Shown: in pieces, positions 8,648-17,316 of the stretch
Numbering within the stretch: the stretch's first letter is position 1
Layout: the number at the start of each line of letters is the position of its first letter
IMG/VR virus record: IMGVR_UViG_3300036851_000232
Location: 1-61,446 of that record
Direction: 5' to 3' (one strand)
Length of the DNA stretch: 61,446 nucleotides
From: a virus
Lineage: Duplodnaviria; Caudoviricetes
Notes under the pieces: generated by a model
The model's input: only the letters and a program-made list of their open reading frames with translations
Databases searched by the model: none
Told to the model about the DNA's origin: nothing
Position numbers and translations under genes: made by a program

Positions 8648-9259
8648 TCATGTCCGCTGCCCGGCTTGGGCGAGGAGGGCCTGCAGGGCGGCAGGGTTGA
8701 GGTTCGCCAGCGCGGCCTGCGCCTCCGGGGTGAGCCCACCGTTCCCTGGTGCCGCAGCAGGCGCTGCGGCGGGAGTGGCCACCGGTTGCGGCGTGGTCTG
8801 GGTCGCCTGGCCGGTGCCGAGGAAAGCGCCCGTGGTGGTCGCTGCGGGCTTCGTGTATTCGGCGGTGTATTCCTTCGGTGCGGAGATGCCGCGCGCCGCC
8901 GGGACGCCGTCCTTCGTGTATGTGACGTACAGGTCGCCGTCGCGTTCGATGTTCTTCGCGCCAACGGCGCGGAGTGCGTCGCGGACTGCGTTGGTGAGGT
9001 TCTTGCCCTTGATATACAGGCGACGGACACCGTCGTCGTCATCGATGTCAGGGTCGCACAGCCCGGTTTGCACATCGACGATGAGCTGCATCTTCGGGTC
9101 ACCGGACGGCCAGGTCAGCGGTTCGCGAGTCTGAAAGTCGGTTTGCTGCCGCACTTCCGGGTCGTTGACGATGCGGCCACCGATGCGGGTGCCGGGGGTT
9201 TCGAACTTCGCGGCCGGCGCGCCGCCGCCGGACAGGAATTGCTCGGGGGTCATGTTCAT
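8648..9259 (-). CDS. Single-stranded DNA-binding protein (actinophage type)
   Basis: AAKFETPG...GRI...QQTDF...W..GDPKMQL...RRLYIKG pattern; directly downstream of the Cas4-like exonuclease. Confidence 0.7.
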   Translation of the reverse strand: MNMTPEQFLSGGGAPAAKFETPGTRIGGRIVNDPEVRQQTDFQTREPLTWPSGDPKMQLIVDVQTGLCDPDIDDDDGVRRLYIKGKNLTNAVRDALRAVGAKNIERDGDLYVTYTKDGVPAARGISAPKEYTAEYTKPAATTTGAFLGTGQATQTTPQPVATPAAAPAAAPGNGGLTPEAQAALANLNPAALQALLAQAGQRT

Positions 9260-10104
9260 GGTCTTGGTCCTTCCTGATGGGTTGATCCGTTGACGAGTTG
9301 TTGCAGCGGGTCGGGGTAGTGGTCCCGGTTCGGGTCGCCGGGGCATGCCCGGGTCAAGTCCGTGGCTCCCGGGACATACCAGGCGCAGTGAGTGCAGTAG
9401 TCAGGTGCGGTGGGCATGAGTGCCAGCGCTTGCGGTCCGAGCTGGTCGAGGAGCACCTTGACCTGGTTGGCGCGGTCGAACGCGTCGCGGGTGTTCGTGC
9501 AATCGTGGGGCTTGTGCCACAGGTGCGTGTCAGCGAGTTCGCCGTCGCGGGGCAGGAACATGACGGCGACCGTGGCGACGGGGAGGCCGCGTGCTTCCCA
9601 GCCGCAGCCGTAGCAGTCGGCCTGCACTTCGTACTCGGGTCCGGGGCCGTCCGCCCGGTACTGTTTGATCTTGTTGCGGGTTGTTATCTTGTAATCAATA
9701 ACCGTTGCAGTCACCCGGTCATACAGATCACATGAGCCGTCGATGTCCTGCTCGCCGATCTGGCCGGTGCGCACCTTCATTTCCACCAGCCACCGAGCCA
9801 CATCAAGGCTGCGGTTGGCTTCGGTGAACACGTCGGCGAGCCACGCGTGGACAGCAGAGCCGATAGCTGGTTTCCACGGAGCTGGTCGTCGAGTCGCTGG
9901 TGAAGTCTCCGCGATTCGATGCGCCAATTTCCGGGTGCAAGGTGTGCCTAAGCCAGATGGGCCAATCCGTGTCTGTCGACTTCGCGGAGTACCAACGATG
10001 GCCTCGCCGATGAGGTGCAGCAGCTCGTCGCGGAGCAGGCCAGGATCGGCTCCGACGCTCATGTCGAGCGGCGGCAGCTGGGACAGGTCGGCTGGTGCGG
10101 TCAT
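9256..10104 (-). CDS. Cas4/RecB-like PD-(D/E)xK exonuclease
   Basis: IGPSGLG..C, GSAVH, E...GSCDL...IDYK, Q...Y, and C-terminal CxxC...C cluster. Confidence 0.85.
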   Translation of the reverse strand: MTAPADLSQLPPLDMSVGADPGLLRDELLHLIGEAIVGTPRSRQTRIGPSGLGTPCTRKLAHRIAETSPATRRPAPWKPAIGSAVHAWLADVFTEANRSLDVARWLVEMKVRTGQIGEQDIDGSCDLYDRVTATVIDYKITTRNKIKQYRADGPGPEYEVQADCYGCGWEARGLPVATVAVMFLPRDGELADTHLWHKPHDCTNTRDAFDRANQVKVLLDQLGPQALALMPTAPDYCTHCAWYVPGATDLTRACPGDPNRDHYPDPLQQLVNGSTHQEGPRP

Positions 10105-10249
10105 TCGCTACCGCCCGATGTCCAAAGCTCAAATCGATCGGCTTGTCGTCCGCACCAGTCGAGGTAGTCGAATAGCCGGTTGTATGCGGCTTCAGTTTCG
10201 GGATCATCGTCAGGTTCCCAGATGACTTCTCCCCATTCGATCGGCGCCA

Positions 10250-10585
10250 TCACTGGATGACCACCCTCGGCTCACCGACGTCGATCATGCACAGTTCCTG
10301 GATCGCTGGCGGCAGCAGTCGCTTGACCGCCTTGGCGTCGTACACCTCGATGCGGCACAGGGCGCGTAGGTCGTCGCTGGGCAGCATCGCCGCGCCCTTG
10401 TCCGGGTCGAAGCGCCGGTTCGGCTGGACGGCGACCTTGCCGTCACCGACCGTTTCAGCAAAGCCGGGCTGGTGGGCGTCGCGAATACGGCGTTTGATCT
10501 CGGCCTGTTCCTCGCTGATGGCGGCGGCGGTGTCATTGAGCTCGAGGTAACGCTTGCGCAGGTGGGCGAGGTCATCGGGTGTCAT
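10250..10585 (-). CDS. Hypothetical protein (coiled-coil N-terminus, typical recombination-cassette neighbour)
   Basis: ORF track; ATGA coupling. Confidence 0.7.
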   Translation of the reverse strand: MTPDDLAHLRKRYLELNDTAAAISEEQAEIKRRIRDAHQPGFAETVGDGKVAVQPNRRFDPDKGAAMLPSDDLRALCRIEVYDAKAVKRLLPPAIQELCMIDVGEPRVVIQ

Positions 10586-11127
10586 AGCTGGTCGCCTTCT
10601 TCGTCATCGGTTGGTTCGGGTAGTTCCGGTTCGTCGGCCCAACCCAGCGTCCATGCGAGTGCGCAGTGGATGCCGTCCACGTAGTGCCGGTCCCCGGTCG
10701 CGGGGAAGTCCCGGGTGATGATCGCGTCGGCGTGCTTGGCGAGGCGTTCCACGTCGGCCAGCTGGGCGGGCCCGATGTGCCCGGCGCGCAGCTGCGCTAC
10801 CTCCTGCTCGAGGTGGACGGCGATGTCCTTCGCGCGGCGGTGCGACGCCCACTCGTCGAGACGCTGCTGCCGCTCTTCGTTTGCGCGTTCGCGTTGCATG
10901 GCGGAGTAGCAGGGGTTGCATAGCGCGGACGCCCAGGAGCCGCATGCGATGCCGCAGTGTTGGCAGGGGATCCGGCCGCAGTCGGGGCAGCCGTAGGCGT
11001 AGCCGCCGGGCGTCGGAACGAGTTCGCGGCCGGGGTGGTTCGGGCAGCGCTTCTCCCCGCACGGTTGTAGCGGCGCGTCTTGGTGGGCCTTTTCGGCGGA
11101 GAGGATCCGGTCGAGGTGGCCGCTCAC
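10582..11127 (-). CDS. Hypothetical multi-Cys zinc-binding protein
   Basis: Several CxxC pairs. Confidence 0.6.
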   Translation of the reverse strand: MSGHLDRILSAEKAHQDAPLQPCGEKRCPNHPGRELVPTPGGYAYGCPDCGRIPCQHCGIACGSWASALCNPCYSAMQRERANEERQQRLDEWASHRRAKDIAVHLEQEVAQLRAGHIGPAQLADVERLAKHADAIITRDFPATGDRHYVDGIHCALAWTLGWADEPELPEPTDDEEGDQL

Positions 11128-11396
11128 GATGCACCGCCTCGGCCGGCGTCTGCGATCTTGCGGAGGCGGGCGACGCCGGTGCCCGTGGACTCGATGAGGC
11201 GGCAGGCCTCCACGTAGCCGGGGAAGCCGAGGGCGAGCCGTGCCCGGTTCCCCGGGTCGGCGCGCGTGATGGCGGATAGCAGCTTGGCGATGAAGTCGCC
11301 GGGCGGGTAGCCGATACGGGCTTCATGATCGGCGCAGCCGTAATGCCACAGCACCTGGTGGGCGATCTCCGGTGTGATGACGGTGCGGTCAGACAT
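11124..11396 (-). CDS. Conserved-looking actinophage hypothetical protein
   Basis: PGDFIAKLLSAITRADPGNRARLALGFPGY motif; GGGAGG RBS. Confidence 0.7.
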   Translation of the reverse strand: MSDRTVITPEIAHQVLWHYGCADHEARIGYPPGDFIAKLLSAITRADPGNRARLALGFPGYVEACRLIESTGTGVARLRKIADAGRGGAS

Positions 11397-11625
11397 CGTT
11401 GACCTCCCGGCATCGGCGCCTCAGCGCGAGCAGGTCGACCGTTGCCATCGGCAGGTCAATCAGCATGTCCGCGTCGGCCAGGGTGAAGCCGTGGGCTTCG
11501 AGTACGGCGACCCAGCCGGTGAGGATCTGCTCGGCGCCGTCGAGCTCGCGGTCGGTGAGGCGGGTGCGTTGCAGGCGTTGCGCGGCGAGTTCGACGCGCT
11601 GCCGCGGCGTGTGCTGGGGGGTCAT
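11389..11625 (-). CDS. Hypothetical protein
   Basis: Start MTPQH coupled to upstream stop. Confidence 0.55.
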   Translation of the reverse strand: MTPQHTPRQRVELAAQRLQRTRLTDRELDGAEQILTGWVAVLEAHGFTLADADMLIDLPMATVDLLALRRRCREVNDV

Positions 11626-11792
11626 CGCCAGGCTCCTGTCGCGGTGTCGCGTTCCTTGTAGGCGAAGAACATCGACCCGGCGTTGAATCCGGCGCAGGTC
11701 CAGGCGATCGCGGCGGCCGGGTTGTCGTTGGCGATCGCGAAGGCGAGGTTCGTCACGGCGAGGATGATCAGGACGACAGCGAGGGACTTCAT
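11622..11792 (-). CDS. Small two-TM membrane protein
   Basis: MKSLAVVLIILAVTNLAFAIA...; GGAGG RBS. Confidence 0.6.
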   Translation of the reverse strand: MKSLAVVLIILAVTNLAFAIANDNPAAAIAWTCAGFNAGSMFFAYKERDTATGAWR

Positions 11793-12019
11793 GCCGCACC
11801 TCCGCAGTCGGCGTAGGGCTCGCAGCTGCGGTGGCAGTCGGTATGGATGAGCGTCTCGTGGTGATCGCAGTAGGTGGCCTGGCCCTTGACCGGGCAGGGG
11901 TGGTCCTGGCACACGTACCCGTTGCAGCCGGGGCAGGTCGCGGCCTGCTGGCAGCACACGCCCAGCTCGGGGTCCGGCGCGGTGTCCGGGATGGCGGCGC
12001 GCACTATGCGGGCGGTCAC
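11789..12019 (-). CDS. Small Cys/His-rich protein
   Basis: GTG at 12019, coupled. Confidence 0.5.
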   Translation of the reverse strand: MTARIVRAAIPDTAPDPELGVCCQQAATCPGCNGYVCQDHPCPVKGQATYCDHHETLIHTDCHRSCEPYADCGGAA

Positions 12020-12339
12020 GATGCGTCCCCGCTGGTCTGGTCGGGGTGGGGGAGGAGGACGAGTGGCCGGCCGGACAGGCACGGCAGGGCGCGGGCCTCG
12101 AGCTGGCGGTGGACGAGCCGGACGGTTTCCTCGGTGCCGGCGAGCAGGCGTCGCAGTTCCGCGTTGTCGCGGTGGGCGGCGCGGCGGGCGTCATCGGTGG
12201 TGGCGAGCTCGCGGGCGGTGTGTTCGCGGTCGGCGCGGACCGCGGCGAGTGTCTTGGTGAGGCGGTGCCGGTCGGCGAGCAGCGCGAGGGCGACCGCGGC
12301 GGTGGCGACGAGGAGGGCGGCGGTCACGGGGCCGGTCAT
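12016..12339 (-). CDS. Membrane-anchored coiled-coil protein
   Basis: MTGPVTAALLVATAAVALALL then heptad region. Confidence 0.6.
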   Translation of the reverse strand: MTGPVTAALLVATAAVALALLADRHRLTKTLAAVRADREHTARELATTDDARRAAHRDNAELRRLLAGTEETVRLVHRQLEARALPCLSGRPLVLLPHPDQTSGDAS

Positions 12340-12644
12340 GGCGTGCCCCGTTCGTCGCCGCGGACCGGTGCGTAGGCATGCACCCGGATGCCCTGCCATG
12401 TCCCGTCGGCGACGTGGTGCGCGCTACCGTCCTCGGACTCGTGCACGTGGCGGGTGTCTTCGGTGGCGCCGATCGGGGCGGCGATCTGGTCGAGGATGGC
12501 GAGGCGGGCCGCGGCGTCCCCGGCGTCGGCTGGCACCTGGATCTCGATGTCGGAGCTGATGATGATGTACAGGCGCGGCAGGTCCGGGATCTCGTCGAGG
12601 AGGTCCGCGGCGGCGCGGAGGACGCGGGCCTGGGCGGCGGTCAC
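12336..12644 (-). CDS. Hypothetical protein
   Basis: ORF track; coupled. Confidence 0.65.
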   Translation of the reverse strand: MTAAQARVLRAAADLLDEIPDLPRLYIIISSDIEIQVPADAGDAAARLAILDQIAAPIGATEDTRHVHESEDGSAHHVADGTWQGIRVHAYAPVRGDERGTP

Positions 12645-12976
12645 GACGGTTCACCGATCAGCGAGATAAGCCCTGTGAGCCGCCCTACGTCGTGCGGCCG
12701 GAAGGTTCGGTAGTCATCGGTGTGATCAAAGCCGTCTTGGTCGCAGCGGCAGTCAGGCCCCTCCTGGTCGTCGCATGGGCAGCCGAGGGAATCGGGTTGC
12801 AGGATGACGTGGCCTTCCTCGCATTCGACCTGCCACGTGCTGCTGTGCGCGTCGCCGGGCTCAATGGCCTTGCCTGCGAGCAGGTCATCCGGCAGGAGGC
12901 TGTAGCTGCCGGACCAGACGATGTGCAGTGGTACACCGCAGTTCGGCATCGGGCAGGGAACGTCGTACTCGCTCAT
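12641..12976 (-). CDS. Hypothetical Cys-rich protein
   Basis: ORF track; coupled. Confidence 0.6.
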   Translation of the reverse strand: MSEYDVPCPMPNCGVPLHIVWSGSYSLLPDDLLAGKAIEPGDAHSSTWQVECEEGHVILQPDSLGCPCDDQEGPDCRCDQDGFDHTDDYRTFRPHDVGRLTGLISLIGEPS

Positions 12977-13254
12977 CGCACACCCGCCCAGGACATGACC
13001 CCGCCGGCGAGCAGGAACAGCGCCAGCGGGGCCCAGGTGAACCCGATCGCCGTCGTCCCGGCGTCGCGGGTGGCCCAGGCGCGGAGCGCGGGTCCGGCGC
13101 CGGTGACGGCCTGGTCGAGGCGGTCCATGGCGGCGGCGAGGTGCCGGGCCTTCGCGGTCTCGAGCGCGACCATCGGGTAGTCGGTGCCGCGCTCGTCGAG
13201 CTCGTCGACGCCGACGGTGAAGCCGGGGGCGTCGGGGGTGTGGCTGTCGTTCAC
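12973..13254 (-). CDS. Hypothetical membrane protein
   Basis: C-terminal TM helix; GGAG RBS. Confidence 0.6.
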   Translation of the reverse strand: MNDSHTPDAPGFTVGVDELDERGTDYPMVALETAKARHLAAAMDRLDQAVTGAGPALRAWATRDAGTTAIGFTWAPLALFLLAGGVMSWAGVR

Positions 13255-13307
13255 GGGGTGCTCCGTTCGTGTCGTGGTGTACTTGTGGGTGCCGGGTGCT
13301 CCGGCGT

Positions 13308-13343
13308 GGCCCCGACCGGTGCAGGCGGTCGGGGCCTTTCGTT
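13308..13343 (+). terminator. Stem-loop, intrinsic terminator-like (U-tail on + strand)
   Basis: GGCCCCGACCG-N7-CGGTCGGGGCC followed by TTTCGTT. Confidence 0.55.
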
Positions 13344-13444
13344 CAGCTCCAGCTGTCAGCTGCGCGGGCGGCGACAGCGCCCCACGTGAGCAGCGCGGTG
13401 GCGGCGAGCGCCAGCACGGCGACGATGCGCTTGCGAGTGAACAT
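13343..13444 (-). CDS. Small signal-peptide/membrane peptide (33 aa)
   Basis: Own translation MFTRKRIVAVLALAATALLTWGAVAARA...; AGAGGGGGG RBS. Confidence 0.5.
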   Translation of the reverse strand: MFTRKRIVAVLALAATALLTWGAVAARAADSWS

Positions 13445-13459
13445 TGGGTTCCCCCCTCT

Positions 13460-13591
13460 CTAGGTGAGCGAGATGACGGCGACGATGATCACGCCGATGA
13501 GCAGCCATCCGGCGGCACCGAGCAGCACGCCGAACGTGAGACCACGCGCAGGGGCGAGCGAATCGTCATCGGGTGGGCGGCGGGTGATCAT
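13460..13591 (-). CDS. Small membrane protein (43 aa)
   Basis: Own translation MITRRPPDDDSLAPARGLTFGVLLGAAGWLLIGVIIVAVISLT; coupled to HNH gene stop. Confidence 0.55.
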   Translation of the reverse strand: MITRRPPDDDSLAPARGLTFGVLLGAAGWLLIGVIIVAVISLT

Positions 13592-14532
13592 GCCGATTCG
13601 CCTATGCGGTCGTTCTTGCTGGCGTTACACGGCTCACACAGCGTTTGGAGGTTGTCGAGCGCGTTCGAACCGCCGCGGCTGTACGGCCATTTGTGATCTA
13701 CGGTCAACTGGTCGCTGCGCTCGCATTCGACGCACTTCCAGCCGTCCCGCTCGTACACCTGGCGCCGCACCTTGTCGGAGATGCTTGGCCGCTCGCTCGG
13801 GATGGCGTCGAAGAGTGTGGGTGCCTCACGGATTCCGTTGAGGACGGAGATGACCAGCCATGCCGTGCGCTGGTTGTTCATGTTCCCGATGAGCAACGAC
13901 GACGACGGTTTCAGATGCAGCGCGTCGGCGAGGTTCTCCCGGAAGTAGGCTTCCCCGTTCTTCCGCTGGAGCTCGAACGCTCCCCAGTCGCGCAGCATGA
14001 GGTTGTTCCAGCCCAGCTCGTCGTGGAACTTCAGTCGCGGCATCCACGCGAACCGGCGTGCCCCGGATGCCGGTTCTTGGCCCGCGTCGAAGAGGACCAT
14101 CTGCGGTAACTCAGCGGACGCCGGGTTCGCCTCGAATGCGACTTCGATCGCGTCGGGCTGGATGACGGCGAGGCTCAAGCGCTTGGCGTTCGCCTCCTTG
14201 ACGCTGCCGATCAGGTAGGGCTTGAGAAGCTGAGCCCTCTTGTGATCGGGCATCTGGCCGACCGGTTCGAATGACTGGTTGATCCACTCGTGCGCGCCTG
14301 GGGTCCGGTCGCCGGCCACTTGGAACGATTCGTCGCGGCTGTCTTTCGGGTTGCGTTGCAGTGGGACGCGGTAGACGCCCCACCGCTTGGGTGCGTCCCG
14401 GCGGGCGAGCGGGTAGACGCGGATCAGCTTCCGGTACTCAGCGCTGACGCCAGCGGAGCAGACGAAGACGCGGCCGTCGCTGTTGGGTTCGGGCACGGTG
14501 GTGCCGAGCATCACGAAGTCTTCGAGGATCAT
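13588..14532 (-). CDS. Two-domain protein: uncharacterised N-terminal domain (possibly dual-OB type) plus C-terminal HNH endonuclease
   Basis: C-term VYERDGWKCVEC...LTVDHKWPYSRGGSNALDNLQTLCEPCNASK is canonical HNH; N-term TVPE..VCSAG..IRVYP..DSRDES. Confidence 0.8.
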   Translation of the reverse strand: MILEDFVMLGTTVPEPNSDGRVFVCSAGVSAEYRKLIRVYPLARRDAPKRWGVYRVPLQRNPKDSRDESFQVAGDRTPGAHEWINQSFEPVGQMPDHKRAQLLKPYLIGSVKEANAKRLSLAVIQPDAIEVAFEANPASAELPQMVLFDAGQEPASGARRFAWMPRLKFHDELGWNNLMLRDWGAFELQRKNGEAYFRENLADALHLKPSSSLLIGNMNNQRTAWLVISVLNGIREAPTLFDAIPSERPSISDKVRRQVYERDGWKCVECERSDQLTVDHKWPYSRGGSNALDNLQTLCEPCNASKNDRIGESA

Positions 14533-14535
14533 TGC

Positions 14536-14772
14536 TCAGCTCTCCCACACCCAGTAGCCGGGCCACCGGACCTCACCGAGATCAACACCGTTGACTTCTG
14601 ACTGCTGCTGGAGCTGAAGAGCTACGACCATGCGCAAGATCGACGTCGCTCGATCATCGGAGGCAAAGAAATCAGCGATGGCCAATTCGGTGCCCTCGTG
14701 GTTGATCCATGTGTGCTCCAACAGCGCACCCACGAGACGCCGGTACTGCTCGACTAGCTCAGTCGTGGTCAT
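14536..14772 (-). CDS. Hypothetical protein
   Basis: ORF track; coupled to ParB-DUF4326 gene. Confidence 0.6.
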   Translation of the reverse strand: MTTTELVEQYRRLVGALLEHTWINHEGTELAIADFFASDDRATSILRMVVALQLQQQSEVNGVDLGEVRWPGYWVWES

Positions 14773-15758
14773 TGATCAGCCCTCGCCTTCAGCACGTCGG
14801 CGTGGCAGGGCTCAGGGGCGCACCAGCAACCGAGTGCCTTGCCGCGAAGGGTGTCGAGCTTGGCTGCGAGGCTTGGCTTGTGTGGCAGGTAGTGGACCTC
14901 GTAGTTGCGGATGACCGTGTCGCGGTCGCCGTCCTTGCCCATCTCGAACGGGTTGCCCCAGACGGTCTGCCGATCAACGCGCACGTAGAGCCCGGCGGAG
15001 TCGGCCCAGGCGATGAGTCCGTTGTGGTCACCGCGGAGGGTGACCACGATGGTTTCACCATTGCGGAGTCTTTTTAGCAGGTGGCGTTCTTCAGGGGACC
15101 AGTCGGCGAAGATGCGTTCCTCGCGGATCTCTTCGAGGATCTGCTCACAGTCAACGGGAAGGTCTTGGGCGGCTTGGCGCAGCAACTCCTCGGTTAGGTG
15201 CGCAGTTATATTCGCCTGAATATCGTTGCGCACCTGAGCTTCGCTGATGTCCAGGTGGCCGCCGATCTTGCGCGTCGACCAGCCTGCTCGCTGCAACAGC
15301 ATGGCCTTCACCTGGCGCAGTAGTTTCCGTCGTTCTGTCAGTGGAGAGAGCCATCTGCTGACGGTGGGCTGGCTGATCCCGAGCCACTTGGCGAGATCAC
15401 GCTGCGACGTGTTGACGTTCCGCCGGGCTTCTTCAAGTGCGATCTGCTCGAGGTCGCGCGTGCTCATGCGGTCGCCGTGCCGAGTCGAGAGGGATGCGGC
15501 GTACACCTTCACCGACGGCGCGGTGGCAGGCACGTCGTGCTCTTCGATAGCGATGTGGTCGAGACCTGCCTGCTGGTGTGCTCGCAGGCGGTGCATTCCG
15601 TCTAGGAGCCGATTTGTGCCGCGCTCTATGACGATGGCTGGGAACTGTGCGCCAGCTGCGAGTGCGTCGGCGTATCTGTCGACCGTGGCTGATGACCACG
15701 AGGACCGCGGATAGATGTCCAGGTCGATAACGACCTCTGTGAGACGCATATCGGTCAC
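14769..15758 (-). CDS. ParB/Srx-like N-terminal domain + HTH(s) + DUF4326-like C-terminal domain
   Basis: LLDGMHRLRA (ParB-N); SQRDLAKWLGISQPTVSRWL and STRKIGGHLDISEAQV (HTHs); VDRQTVWGNPF...LRGKALGCWCAPEPCHADVL (DUF4326 signature). GTG at 15758 with AGGAGG RBS. Confidence 0.8.
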   Translation of the reverse strand: MTDMRLTEVVIDLDIYPRSSWSSATVDRYADALAAGAQFPAIVIERGTNRLLDGMHRLRAHQQAGLDHIAIEEHDVPATAPSVKVYAASLSTRHGDRMSTRDLEQIALEEARRNVNTSQRDLAKWLGISQPTVSRWLSPLTERRKLLRQVKAMLLQRAGWSTRKIGGHLDISEAQVRNDIQANITAHLTEELLRQAAQDLPVDCEQILEEIREERIFADWSPEERHLLKRLRNGETIVVTLRGDHNGLIAWADSAGLYVRVDRQTVWGNPFEMGKDGDRDTVIRNYEVHYLPHKPSLAAKLDTLRGKALGCWCAPEPCHADVLKARADQ

Positions 15759-15892
15759 GACGCGGCCTCCTGACCGGTGGCATCGAACATCCGCCGCAAC
15801 GTGCGCGCCTGCTCTTCGGTGATCTCGGGCGAGTCCGCGAGCTGCGCGTCGAGCCACTGCTCCTCGCGGGCGCGCGCCTCAGCGGCGGTCAC
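15755..15892 (-). CDS. Small hypothetical protein (45 aa)
   Basis: Own translation MTAAEARAREEQWLDAQLADSPEITEEQARTLRRMF...; coupled. Confidence 0.55.
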   Translation of the reverse strand: MTAAEARAREEQWLDAQLADSPEITEEQARTLRRMFDATGQEAAS

Positions 15893-15986
15893 GACGCGGC
15901 CTGGGTGGGGCTCATGGGACGGCTGTGACGTGAGTCAACTGCGCGCCGATAAGGGATCTTGTGTTCGCGGTCGTCACAGGGGGCGC

Positions 15987-16259
15987 TCATGCCGCCGGTT
16001 CCTCGTCCGTCTCGCCGTCGTCGAGGACGGTGAAGAGCTTTTCGAAGCCGAGATGGGGGAAGGCGCGGAGGACGGCGGCGATGAACTCGCCTCCGGGCCG
16101 CTGGTCCCGGTTGCGGATCCGGCCGACGGTGGTCTTGGCCACGCTGAGCTGGCGGGCGACTTCGGCGTCGGTGGTCCAGCCCCGGGCGAGGCACGCGACC
16201 TCGAAGACGTCGATGTTCAATATGACGCCTGCGGCCACTGTTAGTCCTCTCATGGTCAC
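15987..16259 (-). CDS. Cro-like XRE HTH protein, first gene of leftward lytic operon
   Basis: TDAEVARQLSVAKTTVGRIRNRDQRPG HTH; divergent from repressor. Confidence 0.8.
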   Translation of the reverse strand: MTMRGLTVAAGVILNIDVFEVACLARGWTTDAEVARQLSVAKTTVGRIRNRDQRPGGEFIAAVLRAFPHLGFEKLFTVLDDGETDEEPAA

Positions 16260-16273
16260 CTACCGTGTGGAAT

Positions 16274-16396
16274 GTTGCGCATGGGCTACAAAGTAGCCGT
16301 TGCGTGCACGCGACGCAACCACCTGGGGAAAGAAATGTCAGTGCCTCTAACAGGACGAGGTCGCGTGTGTGCGTTACCGTGTTGCGTGTACGCGCC
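16274..16396. promoter_or_regulatory. Immunity switch operators (about 16-bp palindrome GTTGCGTGCACGCAAC-like, 3-4 copies)
   Basis: GTTGCGCATGGGCTAC 16274, GTTGCGTGCACGCGAC 16299, GTCGCGTGTGTGCGTT 16360, GTTGCGTGTACGCGCC 16381, between divergent HTH genes. Confidence 0.65.
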
Positions 16397-16410
16397 GAAG
16401 GGGAGACGCG

Positions 16411-16785
16411 ATGCCTGCACGCCCGCCAAGTCCGTGGGCCGGATACGTCCGCGCCCTTCTTGACACCCGGTTCGCCGGCAACGGGGCTGCCCTCGCGGCC
16501 GAGGTCGGCGTTGGTCGGTCAGCGGTCAGCCGGTGGCTGCGCGGGGCCATCCCCCGCATCGAGCATGTCCGAGCCGTTGCGCAACTCACCGGTGATCCGC
16601 TGATCGTGCTGCTGCGTTTGGCCTACGGGATTGAGTCCGAATCGGCGATGACGCCGGAAGAAGCGATCCAGGCCGATGAGCATCTCGACCAGGCCGCGAA
16701 AGAGGTTCTGCTCGCGTTGTACCGCCAGCTCCGCGAAAAATACGGCTGGGATCCGTCGAACCGGGCACACCGCACAGCGGTCTGA
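16411..16785 (+). CDS. CI-like immunity repressor (XRE HTH)
   Basis: GAALAAEVGVGRSAVSRWLRGAIP HTH; GAAGGGGAG RBS before ATG 16411; divergent from Cro-like gene. Confidence 0.82.
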   Translation: MPARPPSPWAGYVRALLDTRFAGNGAALAAEVGVGRSAVSRWLRGAIPRIEHVRAVAQLTGDPLIVLLRLAYGIESESAMTPEEAIQADEHLDQAAKEVLLALYRQLREKYGWDPSNRAHRTAV

Positions 16786-16786
16786 G

Positions 16787-16957
16787 TCAGGCGCGGGCCT
16801 CTTCTTCCTCTTCGACCAGCCGTAGCCGTTTCAGCCCGGGGCAGCGGTTCTTGGTGTCGTATGCGCCCGCCTGGTATCCGAGTTCGTACACGGCAGCCCA
16901 TGTCTCGGCCCAGCGCCGCGTCGCGACACAGATCAGCAGGCGGCGCAGCATCGGCAT
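16787..16957 (-). CDS. Small hypothetical protein
   Basis: Start MPMLRR after GAGGGG; convergent with repressor. Confidence 0.45.
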   Translation of the reverse strand: MPMLRRLLICVATRRWAETWAAVYELGYQAGAYDTKNRCPGLKRLRLVEEEEEARA

Positions 16958-17059
16958 CGGCTTCCCTGACCCCTCGTGAGAACGGAATCCCCCACCCGGA
17001 GAGCTAACGACGCCCGGCCATAGCGCGTTACGGCCCGACACCGGTTCTTTACCTTCGGT

Positions 17060-17302
17060 TCACGCGCCGCGCGGCCCGAGGATCGCGCTTTCGATCTGGT
17101 GGAACGCGTCCACCCGGCCCTGGTCGGTGGGCGGGGCAGCGGCGACGACTCGGGCAATCACACGGAGGATCACGTACGCGTCGGCGGGCGGAAGCGCATC
17201 GACCATGCGGGCGGCCCGGTCCGCGGCCGTCCGGTCCTGCTTGTAGTGCGGCCAGGACGCGGGCCAGTTCGGGTGCGCCGGTTGGGCCGGTTGCGTGGTC
17301 AT
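17060..17302 (-). CDS. Hypothetical protein downstream of GntR regulator
   Basis: AGGAGAGG RBS; ORF track. Confidence 0.65.
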   Translation of the reverse strand: MTTQPAQPAHPNWPASWPHYKQDRTAADRAARMVDALPPADAYVILRVIARVVAAAPPTDQGRVDAFHQIESAILGPRGA

Positions 17303-17316
17303 GGGGTGGTCCTCTC

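Noticed and set aside
9256-10104. Cas4-like gene as sign of a CRISPR-Cas system
   Set aside because: No repeat-spacer array or other cas genes; it sits beside SSB and RuvC as a normal phage recombination exonuclease.
14769-15758. Standard ParABS partition system
   Set aside because: No ParA ATPase seen; the ParB domain is fused to DUF4326 and lies in the lytic early operon.
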